Shown piece by piece: positions 52,560 through 63,620 of a DNA stretch of 64,000 nucleotides. The translations under genes and the position numbers were made by a program. Source of the DNA: Malacoraja senta (Eukaryota). The notes beneath the pieces are model-generated. The model was given only the letters and a program-made list of their open reading frames with translations. It had not been told where the DNA came from and searched no databases. The stretch lies in contig CM075983.1 of NCBI GenBank assembly GCA_038087875.1, positions 34,782,001 to 34,846,000 on the forward strand, in the 5' to 3' direction. The first letter of the stretch is position 1. Every line of letters begins with the position of its first letter.

Positions 52560-52589
52560 GCCCATAATGTGGTTTGAATTTGAAAATGT

Positions 52590-53940
52590 GGTTGCTTTGA
52601 AATGCTGCACTGCAAATGGTTGTTTGGGGGGGGGGGTGCTTGGAACTGCTGCACTGCAAATGGTTGTTTGGGGGGGGGGTGCTTGGAACTGCTGCACTGC
52701 AAATGGTTGTTTGGGGGGGGGTGCTTTGAACTGCTGCACTGCAAATGGTTGTTGGTGGGGGGGTTGCTTTGAACTGCTGCACTGCAAATGGTTGTTGGTA
52801 TGGGGGGTTGCTTTGAACTGCTGCACTGCAAATGGTTTTTGGTGGGGGGGGTTGCTTTGAACTGCGGCACTGCAAATGGTTGTTGGTGGGGGGGATTGCT
52901 TTGTACTACTGCACTGCAAATGGTTTTTGATGGGGGTGGTTGCTTTGAACTGCTGCACTGCAAATGGTTGTTGGTGGGGGGGTTGCTTTGAACTGCTGCA
53001 CTGCAAATGGTTGTTGGTGGGGGGGGTAGCTTTGAACTGCTGCACTGCATATGGTTGTTAGTGGGGGGGTTGCTTTAAAATGCTGCACTGCAAATGGTTG
53101 TTGGTGTAAACTTGACAACTTCCTGTTTGCACTGTAGATTGATTTTAGATAAAACGCTACCACTTACGGCTCTGATTTTTGGCCATCTTACTCAGCCCCC
53201 CTCCGCTCATCAGGTGCACAGGATTCTTCCCATCAATGAAAAATAAAAGTGTTATTAGTGTTTTAAAAATATTCAGAATCTCTCTCCTGTCAATCACGCC
53301 ATGAAGGCTATGCCCCTTCCGGTGGGAGGAGGTAGGGATTATAAAACCCGGAAGTGTGGGTGTGGCTCAGTCTCTGCAAGATGGGGGAGGGAGAGGTCAC
53401 GACTGTCTGAGCTGTGAATCAACTGAATACACTGAATGTCTACGGAACTGTGAGTGTGAGTGTGGTTTTATGGTGGTTTTATGGTGGTTTCACCCTGCTT
53501 GAAATGGTATGAAACTGCATTTGATTGTGGTGGCCTTGCACCCTGCATGAAATGGTATGAAACTGCATTTGAATTTGGTGGCCTTGCACCCTGCATGAAA
53601 TGGTATGAAACTGCACTTGAATTTGGTGGCCTTGCACCCTGCTTGAAATGGTATGGAAACTGCACTTCAATTTGGTTCTCTTGCACCCTGCTTGAAGTTG
53701 TATGAAACTGCACTTGATTTTGGTGGCCTTGCACCCTGCTTGAAATGGCATGAAGCAGCACTAGCATTTGGTGGCCTTGCACCCTGCTTGAAATGGTCGG
53801 AAACTACATTTGAATTTGGTGGCCTTGCACCCTGCTTGAAATGGCATGAAACAGCACTAGCATTTGGTGGCCTTGCACCCTGCTTGAAATGGTCGGAAAC
53901 TACATTTGAATTTGGTGGCCTTGCACCCTGCTTGAAATGG
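52590..53940. repeat. Two minisatellites in Helitron copy 4: ~41-bp unit (52590-53105) and ~48-bp unit (53490-53940)
   Basis: Units GGTTGCTTTGAACTGCTGCACTGCAAATGGTTGTTGGTGGGG and TTGCACCCTGCTTGAAATGGTATGAAACTGCATTTGAATTTGGTGGCC. Confidence 0.95.
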
Positions 53941-55068
53941 AATTTCAAAGAATAGCCGTGAGTCAACTGCTAGCCCACCAGCCGTGAGTGAGCTGCCAGC
54001 ACATCAGGCTTGAGTGACTGAGCTGCCACCCCAAGAATCCATTTGGCCCACAATGTCCATACTAGACCTCTGGAAACCAGTCCCTTCAGCCCACACCCAT
54101 ACTAGCACTCCAGAAAGCCCCCCCACCCACTGGTCACCAATATTGGAATTGGTGGAGAGGTGGAAAATTGTGTTGGGGGACCAGCCCTCCCGTGTGAACA
54201 TGGGACCCAACGGGTCCCACTTAGTCTAGTATCCTTCTAAATCTTTCCTATCCATCTACCTGTCGAAATGTATTTTAAATAGTGTGATAGTACCTGCCTC
54301 AACTACCTCCTCTGGATGCTCATTGCATATACCCACCACCCTTTGTGTGTAAACATTGCCCCTCGGGTTCCTTTTTTTCTGCTGCTAGGCTGAGTCATTA
54401 GAAGGGCTTTAAATGAATATGTTGACCTGCTAGGCAAATAGATTTATTAGTTCTGCATGTTTTTAAAAACAATTAAGGGCTGTCATAGGTGGAGGAGTGG
54501 AGGCTGTTTATTTCTTGTTTGAGATAAAGGTGAAGCGACGTAAAATATTCAAGGAATGGAGGTCAGAGAAATTTAAGGTGCTATTACAAACAAGATTGAT
54601 CAGATGTGTCCTCAATTTACTGTCATACTGAGTGTCCTTCAATCAATTAAACCAGTTGTTGAATGCATTCAAAAATTATGTCAATACAAATCCAAAGACT
54701 ACTTTGTTAGTGTTTCTTCTCATTCAATAAAATAATCTTGATACATTGGTGCATCGATATTTTGCTTATTACATAGTGGTTTATTGACTTATGATCTCCA
54801 ACATGAGGATTAGTTAGTTCAGGATTATCATATACTTGTGTACCTATGGTGACACTTAGAATGGGGAAACTGTGGAACTGCCGCCATTTGCCTGCAAAAT
54901 TCAGTCCATGGAACCGAGATAGATTATAAAGCCGAAGGCATAACTGTCACAAATTAAGAAAATATATCTATCTTCTATGTCCTTTCATTTATAAACTTGC
55001 ACAGGGGTCCGAAAGTTAATGAAACATTTCTAGGAATTGCTTGCATGAAAGATAGGAAAGGACTATTG

Positions 55069-58000
55069 TGAAGCGGCGCCTGCTGGCGCACGCAGTTATC
55101 GAACCCGGCGTTCGGAAGCCGCGGTCATGTGACTCGGGAGGGGCTGCTGTTTTTGCGCGGGTTTGCTTTCGTGCCACAGTTGTGTAGCTGACCACCGTTG
55201 GGGTCAGACGTGTTTGTGAGGACCTGTAAACCAAAGAGTTATTTCTGAAATAAATAAGTTCACAAAAACTTGGTTGCCGTTCTTACATCCGCCAAATTGG
55301 TGACCCCGACCTGTCTAGCCATCATTAGACAAAGAAGATCATGCAGGAGGACTACTTTCCCGCAGAATCGGCCGGCACGAGGCAGGGCTCACCGGGCTTC
55401 AAATTACCTTTGTTTGGCCAGACCAACCTCAGGTGTGGTTCGCCCATGTTGAGGCACAGTTCCACCTGCACCGCATTATTGCAGACGACACGATGTACTC
55501 TCATGTGGTAGGAGCTCTACCACAGGACTGTGCCTCGAGGCTGTAGCCTTACATCAGGGAACCGCCGACAATCGCTAAATACGAAGGTTTGAAGGCTGCT
55601 GCTCCACACCTTCGGTCTCAGCCATAGAGACAGGGCAGCGAAGATCCTGCACGTGGACAGTGTCGGTGACGGGCGGCCATCCACCATCATGGCAAAGATG
55701 CTAGCCTTGATGGACGGGCACCGCCCATGTCTGCTCTTCGAACAGGCGTTCTTAGATGAGATGCCAAACGAAGTTCGTACGATGCTCGCCGGGGCTGATT
55801 TCAGCAATCCCCAACACCTCGCGGAGAGAACCGATGAGTTGTGGGCCTACAGACGGCGGGACGTTTGTGTTTTCACCCGCTCCCCCATCATGGCGCGGGT
55901 GCAACCGAGACGACATCGGGATGAAGAGAAAGTCCTGAAGAAGCACTGCCGCTGAAGCGCTGAAGAAGCATCACCGCTGCCGGAGGTGTACATCCGTCGA
56001 CGTTGGTGCTACTACCATCTCCGCTACGGCGCCGAATCCCGAAGATGCCGAAGCCCCTGTTCATTTCAGGGAAATGCCTCGGCTGATCGCCCATAGCGGC
56101 GAACACGATCGGCCCAAACGAACGCCTCTAGGTCCGTGATAGCCATTCCGGCCACCGTTTCCTGGTTGACTCCGGTGCCATAGCCAGCATCCTGCCCCCG
56201 ACTGCCCAAGATACCCACGTCAGTAAGGTAGGACCCGTCCTCTTGGCCGTCAACGGGAGTGACATTCGCACTTACGGTACGTGGAACTTGGACTTACATT
56301 TTGACTCCTACCTGTATAGGTGGAAGTTCACCGTTGCTGACGTCGCCCAGCCAATATTGGGGGCCGATTTCTTGCGTGCGTTCTCCCTGCTAGTCGATGT
56401 GCGAAGCGGGCAAATGGTTCCAGTGTCGGACCTGTGCCCTGCCAAGCCGCGCAACCCGTTCACGCCCCAACAGCAACTCGACAAGGTAGCTGAGATCCAG
56501 CAACCTTACGCAGCCCTTCTCACTGAATTCCCAGGGTTGCTCACGCCCCGGTTCGACGGGACCACGCCCCATCATGGCGTGGTTCATCACATTCCCACCG
56601 AGGGCCCACCGGTTCACGCCCACGCGCACCGCCTCCCGTCCGATAAACTGCGCATCGCACGAGATGAGTTCCAGCTTATGGAGGACATGGGAATTGTCCG
56701 GCGGTCGGAGCCCTTGAGCTTCCCCGCTGCATATGGTGCTCAAAGCGTCCGGGGGTTGGTGACCTTGCGGTGATTACAGGCGTCTTAACGCTGTAACCAC
56801 GGCAGATCGGTACCCAGTCCCGAACATCCAAGATTTTCGGCACATTTGGAGGGCGCCACCTTCTTCTCGAAGGTCGACCTTGTCCGCGGGTATAATTAGA
56901 TTCCGGTCCACCCCGACGACGTCCCTAAGACGGCCACAATCACCCCTTTCGGCCTTTTTGAATGGCTAAGAATGCCTTTTGGCCTGAAGAACGCCGCTCA
57001 GGCGTTCCAAAGGTTAATGGATCAGGTCGGGCGGGGTTTGCCGTTCATATTCATCTATTTCGATGATATTCTGGTGGTCAGCAGCTCGCAGGCTGAACAC
57101 GTTAAACACCTCCGCCTGCTCTTCAAACGGCTGCGTAAGCATGGGTTGGTGATCAGCCCTGTGAAGTGCCAGTTTGGATTGCGGTCCATCTCCTTTTTAG
57201 GTCACAGGGTAACCTGCCATGGCATGCAGCCGCTGCCTGAGAAGGTCGACGCAGTCCGTCACTTCCCGAGGCCACTATCCGTCAAGGGCCTGCAAGAATT
57301 CATCGGAATGGGCAATTTCTACCACCGATTTGTCCCGTCAGCAGCCGCCATCATGCGGCCGTTGTTCCAGTGTCTAGCAGGCAAGCCTAAGGACCTGGTC
57401 TGGTCCAAGGAGGCTGAGATAGCTTTCAAGGGGGCTAAAACAGCGTTGGCCAATGACACCATGCTGGTACACCCTAAGGCATCGGCCCTAACGGCCCTCA
57501 CCGTGAACGCATCTGACGTTGCGGTGGGTGCTGTCCTCTAGCAGCTGCCGTTTTTCAGCAGGCAGCTGCGGGCCCCGGAGAGCATTTTCGATCGGGAGCT
57601 CCTCGCGCTTTACCTAGCGATCCGCCATTTCCGTTATTTCCTGGAGGGACGCGCGTTTACCGCATTCACGGACCACAATCCACTCACGTTCGCTTTGAAT
57701 AAGGTGTCCGACCCCTGGTCTGCCAGGCAACAACGGCACCTCACCTACATATCCAAGTTCACTTCTGACATTCGGCATGTGGCAGGGAAGCTGAACGTTG
57801 TCCCGTCCGGCAGCCCCTGAGGTTTCCGCTTTAAGCCTAGGGGTGAATTACGCGGAGCTGGCTGCGGCCCAATGGGCTGATGCCGGCATGGGGGATTACC
57901 GCAATGCTGAATCGGGCCTTAAGTTGGCTGAGGTGCCTTGCGGCACCGCCGGCATGCGGGTCCTTTGTGATGTCTCGACGGGCAAAGCCCGCCGATTGTC

Positions 58001-59491
58001 CCGATTGCCTGGAGGCGTCGGATTTTCGATACCATCCACAGCCTAGCTCACCCGTCCATTCGCGCCACCTATACCTGGTCACGGCCATGTTCATCTGGCA
58101 AGGGTTACGAAAGCAGGTCGCAACATGGGCACGCGCTTGTATCCCTGTCAGACTTCCAAGGTGCAGAGGCATGTGCGCCCGCCCGTACAGGATTTCGCTG
58201 TTCCAGACGGCAGGTTCCTGCACATCCATGTCGACCTGGTGGGTCCCTTGCCGTGTTTGCGTGGGGCCACTCACTTGCTAACCATCATAGATAGGTTCAC
58301 CAGGTGGGCAGAGGCAATACCGTTGACTGATACCTCCGCTGAGGCTTGTGCCTGCGCTATTGTCTCCAAATGGATCACTCGTTTCGGGGTCCCTTCAGAT
58401 ATTACTACCGATCGTGGGGCCCAGTTCACATCCTCCCTGTGGTGTGGTATGGCACAGCTGTACGGCGCGAAGCTGCACCAGACCACCGCGTATCATCCGG
58501 AGTCAAACGGTTTAGTCGAGCTGTTCCACAGACGCCTTAAGTCGGCGTTGAAAGCCCGGCTCACCGGCCCCGATTGGGTTAACCGGTTGCCCTGGGTTCT
58601 CCTAGGCACCAGAACTACGCCTAAGGAGGATCTCGACACCTCCTCGGCCGAGCTGGTTTATGGCTCGGTTTTGCGGGTACCTGGGAATTTCCTACCCGCC
58701 ACCCGTGATCAGGAGTTCCCTGCTTCGGCCGTGCTAGCCGACCTTTGCGAGCGAGCGCGCGCGTTGGTCCCGGTTCCCACTTCCCGACACGGGTCGTCTG
58801 CAGTGCATGTACCTACTATGTTATGGGATTGTGCTTATGTTTTCCTTCGTAGGGATGCTCACCGCTCGCCGTTACAGCGGGTGTACGATGGTCCATACAG
58901 GGTGCTGAGGACTGGTACCTCGACGTTCACGTTGGACATGGGTGGCAGGGAGGAGTTTGTCTCCATCAGCCGCCTTAAGCCAGCCCACATCGACGAGGAT
59001 AGCCCGGTGGCGGTGGCCACTCCGCGGCGTAGAGAGCGTCCGCCGGCCGTTTTGCCACCCTCTGCACCTGTTACCCCCAGTTATGTTTCACCGGTCCCCT
59101 CTATTACGCCCGTCCCTCGTTCGCGTTTGTCGCGTCCCTCCGGTTCTGTTTTGCCGGCCCCAACTGTTATGCTCGCCCCGCGACCTCGGACTACGCTGTC
59201 CGGTCGAACCGTCCGGTTACCCGTGCGTTTCCGTACCGTGGATTCTGGGGGAGGGGGGAATGTAGCGCCGCCTGCTGGCGCACGCAGGTATCGAACCTGG
59301 CGTTCAGAAGCCGCGGTCACATGACTCGGGAGGGGCTGCTGTTTTTGCGCGGTTTTGCTTTCGCGCCACAGCCGTGTAGCTGACCACTGTTGTTGTGGTC
59401 AGACGTGTTTGTGAGGACCTGTAAACCAAAGAGTTATTTCTGAAATAAATAAGTTCACAAAAACTTGGTTGCCGTTCTTACATCCGCCAAA
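55069..59491 (+). mobile_element. Full-length decayed Gypsy LTR retrotransposon, CsRn1-like lineage
   Basis: LTRs 55069-55296 and 59261-59491; 4-bp TSD ATTG; PBS TGGTGACCCCGAC (tRNA-Trp); PPT GGGGGAGGGGGGAA. Gag FWPDQPQVWFAHVEAQF and CHCC motif CYYHLRYGAESRRCRSPC; protease FLVDSGA; RT YFDD; integrase HVDLVGP, TTDRGAQF, YDGPY. Confidence 0.95.
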
Positions 59492-59989
59492 ATTGACATA
59501 AAAAGTTATTTGTGTCAGTGTGTGCAGTGTTCCACTCATCCTTCTGTGTGTCGTTGAGAGGCAGTCACAAGAAAAAGTGTTTATCAGTTCCTTAAGTGGC
59601 CCTTATTTCTCCAATATCCATTCCCCTTCTAATTATGAGTAGCAGACTATCCTTACTCTTAATTTTGAAAGTTAGTTATTAGTGGAAATTGAATCTTGAG
59701 CATTGACTACTGCCTAATCATTGGGTTGTAATAAATCGCATTGCGTTCCTCTTCCAGATAAATATATTAATGCATTCCAAACATTTCTTTAGTTTATCCT
59801 AGCATTTTTTGCAAAATTAAAATATTAATGGTACTGGTTTTGAATCAGTAAATGATAGATGTCATTGGTCTATTGGCAATTCTACCTGCTTCCACATCAC
59901 TCCTGCCAGGCATCCAGCAACCAATGCTTAAACAAAACATCTCTTTTAAACTTTCATCATCTGACCTTCTCTGACCCTCTAGTCGTACA

Positions 59990-60123
59990 CATTGTTTTTA
60001 AGAAGGAACTGCAGATGCTGGAAAATCCCAGATACACAAAAATGCTGGAGAAACTCAGTGTGCAGCAGCATCTATGGAGCGAAGGAAATAGGCAGTGTTT
60101 CGGGCCGAAACCCTTCTTCAGAC
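59990..60123 (-). mobile_element. Penelope pLTR fragment with a hammerhead-like core
   Basis: Minus strand CTGAAGA-AGGGTT-TC-GGCCC-GAAAC at 60121-60097. Confidence 0.75.
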
Positions 60124-60702
60124 ACATTTCTGCCTTGTCGTACCCATTTCTACCTTGGGATAAAAGATTCTGACTCTCAATCCTATCTATGTCTCTCATT
60201 ATTTAATATACTGTACCCTCTTCTGTACCCTCTCCAGAGACTTCACATTCTTCCTGTAACGCAGCGACCAGTATTGCACACAATTATCCAAATATGGCCT
60301 ATCCATTCATCTCCCAAAGTGCAACACCTCACAAATCCAAGTAAAGTTAATTGGATTCATCTATATCCCATGGTATCCTTTGACAGCTTTTCATCTTTTA
60401 CTTTTTTAAATTCCAATGAACGAATTTATTAATATTTCCTCATTACAAAGAATTAATAGTAGTATTTTATCCTTTACAAAAATAATATGTGTATCTACAG
60501 TTCATAGGTATAAAGGTACCATGCATTTGAAATAACAGATTCATGTTGAGGCCCCTATCAGGGAGATACAGTATATTGTTCAAGAGATCATGTGTGATAG
60601 AACAGATCATGCAAATTTACGCAGCAATCTTTTAGAGGTTGGTTTTTGTGAATGGATCCAGCAGTGGAAAATAATTAGGTAGTGGATGTGATAATAGAGT
60701 AA

Positions 60703-61493
60703 TGGTCCTGTCCCACTTAGGCGACTTTTTAGGCGAGTGCATGAGATTGCGCTCGCCACATGGTCGCCACATAGTCACTGATGGTCTCTGGTGAGTCTCC
60801 TTCATGGTTGCGAGGAGTTCCCGCATTCTGGGAACTAGTCGCAGCCTCAGTATGGTCGCCATGGAGAAAATTGGTCGCCATGGAGAAAATCGATAAACCT
60901 GTAGTCGTAGGTGCAGTTGTAATGTCGCCATGTAGTTATGGGTAGTCGAGGTAGTCGGAGGTAGTTTTAGTTAATCGCCTTTGATGACCGGTCATTTTCA
61001 TTGGCTCATTGGGGGAAAAAAATTAAGCAGGAGTTTTCAGAACCAAGGATAACCGACCGGTAATGTTAAAAGTCCGCCAAACTTCCCAGCTGTGTATCTC
61101 TGGCTTATTAAAAGTTGTCTGGCTTCTTAAAAGTTGTCGCCAATCCTTCTTTCCCTTCTTCCCCCCTTCTGCCCCCCTCCTCTCCCCCTTCTCCCCTCTT
61201 CTCCCCTCTTTTAAAGGACTTACCGTACACTGTGCTAGCCGTCTTAATTACAGCACCAACCTTCCTGTTGATCGTGGTGTGTGTCTGTATCACCTTAGCT
61301 TTGTACCGTGTGAATTTCAGTCAGCGCTCCCCCGCTTGCCCTGGCCCCTGTCATTGCGATGTGTTGTGTGTATGTGTGTGTGTGTGTTCCACTCTAAGAG
61401 TCGTCGTTCCAGTTCCCAGTTTTTCAGGCGACTGCCGGAAACTTGACAGTCGCCGGCAGTCCGCTGAAAAATCGCCTAAGTGGGACAGGCCCA
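60703..61493. mobile_element. Non-autonomous PIF/Harbinger transposon
   Basis: ~28-bp TIRs TGG(T/G)CCTGTCCCACTTAGGCGA(C/T)TTTT; TAA TSD at 60700-60702 and 61494-61496; no transposase. Confidence 0.9.
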
Positions 61494-61798
61494 TAAAGAA
61501 GATCAGGAGGGTGGAATTCCAAGGAAGGGGAGTGACGAATGAGATATGGTGAGAGTGAAAGATTTGTAAGTTGTTCTCAGGATGGATCACGAATGTGGGG
61601 GTGAGAGGAAAAAACAATTATGATTGATTGGGAATATGTTTAGGGGAAAGAGGATTGGATGAGTCCATCATGGAAAGAGTGGGAAAATATTTCATCAGGG
61701 GACTAGTGGGAGGGGCTTGGAGAGAGCATGAAGGAATCCTGTTAACATTTGCCGTTAAGTGGGCTGGTGGGAATAATCACACAGAAACAATTTTTTAG

Positions 61799-62070
61799 AA
61801 AGAGTCCTTGCTGAAGGAATATGGATGCTTTGCATCACCATGGCCTGATTAGGTTGGGCTCTCCTGATGTAATGCCCAAACAAGAATTTGATTAAGTTAC
61901 CATTTGTGGCCTTTCCATGCACTGGGAAATGTTGTGCAAGTGATGTGAAATTCAGTGTCATACTCCATTTGTCAGCAATATGCAAGTCCACAAGCCACCA
62001 AGCTATACCATTTGTATAGAGTCCCTGGAGCTAAACATTCAGATGTGTATTACTGGTGAACTTGCTAGAA
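61799..62070 (+). pseudogene. Putative decayed exon of the unidentified gene
   Basis: TTTTTTAG| KESLLKEYGCFASPWPD*VGLS*CNAQTRI*LSYHLWPFHALGNVVQVM*NSVSYSICQQYASPQATKLYHLYRVPGAKHSDVYYW*. Stops are TGA/TAG, compatible with CGA/CAG decay. Confidence 0.35.
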
Positions 62071-62425
62071 GTTCATCAATTTGCCTTTAGATAAATTCTA
62101 CCACAATGTGCACAATAGGTTTGAATTTCTCTGATACTTTCCTTAAAATGCAAGTATTCCATCACAAAAATTAAAATGTGCAATTTAAAAAAATACAATA
62201 ATATTTTTCATTGAAGATGTAGTTCAGTTTTATTATTAACCCAAAATGAGGATACATTTTATGTAGACAAAAATGCTGGAGAAACTCAGCGGGTGAGGCA
62301 GCATCTATGGAGCACCTTCGATTTCTCCAGCATCTGCAGTTCTTTGTTAAACATACATTTTAATTACTATATTTTACATTGATTATTGTGGTTGTTTAGG
62401 GAAGCTGCTTGAAAGTTTTGGTACT

Positions 62426-62667
62426 GTTTAGTTTAGTTTAGAGAGACAGTGCAGAAACAGGCCCTTCCGCCCTCCGAGTCTGCATCAACCAGCAATCCCC
62501 GTACACTAACACTGGGAACAATTAACAATTTTCACCTAAGCCAATTAACCTATAAACCTGTACGTCTTTGGTGTGTGGGAGGAAACCGGAGCACCCAGAC
62601 AAACCCCATGCAGTCCATATAGACTGCTCCCATAGTCAGGATCGAACATGATTCTCTGTGCTGTAAG
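62426..62667 (-). mobile_element. V-SINE (HE1-like)
   Basis: Reverse complement of the V-domain core and (AAACT)n tail. Confidence 0.8.
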
Positions 62668-62893
62668 GATCTTAGAGCTGGCATGGACTTGATGGGCTGA
62701 GTGACCTCCACCTCTGTCATAGGAAATATTTAAGTTGCCACATCCCCAATTGGTTTTGGCAAGTTACTTCTAAGAAATCCTGCCAAAGCCAAGTGGTTCC
62801 TTGTTCATCAGATCAGAAATGACTAATAAACAGGAGAAAACTAAAGAGGTAGTACTGAAAATATTCTCCTCCATCTTTGACCTTAGAAAGTAG

Positions 62894-63050
62894 GCCTTAA
62901 CATTACAATATAACCGGCACCCATTCAACTGCCAGGAACAGTGGGAATGGATGAATGTAACGGCAGGGTCCTATGAAAGGGCAATGGAAACTGCACCAGC
63001 TTTGAAGGAATGTGTGCAGGAAGTTGTTTACTTATCCAATGGTGTTCACG
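62894..63050 (+). pseudogene. Putative exon of the unidentified gene (52 open codons)
   Basis: TAG| ALTLQYNRHPFNCQEQWEWMNVTAGSYERAMETAPALKECVQEVVYLSNGVH G|GTAAAA. Confidence 0.45.
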
Positions 63051-63079
63051 GTAAAAATTGTCTGGGAGGTGTTTATAAG

Positions 63080-63620
63080 CTGTATTGGGCAGCATATCTG
63101 AGAAAGGGTGTGCTGGCCTGTGGAGGGTCCCGAGGAAGTTTAAGAGAACGATCCCAAGAATGATTGGGGTAACATATGATGAGCATTTGATGGCACTGGG
63201 CCTATACTCGCTGGAGTTTAGATGGATAAGGGGGGACCTCATTGTACTTAAAGAACAGTGAAAGGCCTGGATAGAGTGGATGTGGAGAGGATGTTTCCAT
63301 GAGTGGGAGAGTCCAGGACCAGAGGCCATAGCCTCAGAATAAAATAATGTACCTTTAGAAGGGAGATGAGGAGGACATTCTTTAATAATAGGGTGGTTAA
63401 TCTGTGGAATTCATTGCTGCAGATGGCCATGTAGGCCAAGTCAATGGATATTTTTAAGGTGGAGATTGACAGATTCTTGATTAGAAAGGGTGTCAGGGGT
63501 TATGAGGAGAAGGCAGAGAATGGGGTTGGGAGGGTAAGATAGATCAACCATGATTGAATGGCAGAGCAGACTTGATGGGCCGAATGGGCTAATTCTGCTC
63601 CTTTTAATTTATGAACATGA
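63080..63620 (+). mobile_element. CR1 3' fragment
   Basis: LGLYSLEFR...LWNSL remnants and a CR1 tail. Confidence 0.85.

Larger units (their letters stand above)
52216..54229 (+). mobile_element. Composite non-autonomous Helitron (copy 4)
   Basis: A|TCTATATTATTAAAAG at 52216; hairpin TGGGACCC-AAC-GGGTCCCA at 54201-54219; CTAG|T at 54226-54230. The empty site GGCCCA|TATCCTTCTAAATC matches the CR1 3'UTR (cf. 31921-31945) with no TSD. Confidence 0.95.
51370..54370 (-). mobile_element. Degraded CR1 3' fragments (51370-51975; 52115-52215 and 54230-54370, split by Helitron copy 4)
   Basis: QLYKSLVRPHLEY; the 3'UTR is rejoined across the Helitron. Confidence 0.75.

Noticed and set aside
794-53940. 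Tandem arrays as CRISPR-like arrays
   Set aside because: Units are contiguous with no unique spacers, no cas genes are present, and the context is eukaryotic. They are Helitron-internal minisatellites.
52444-53966. Repetitive ORFs in all frames (also 1078-1394 and 3989-4668)
   Set aside because: Artefacts of stop-poor minisatellite units.
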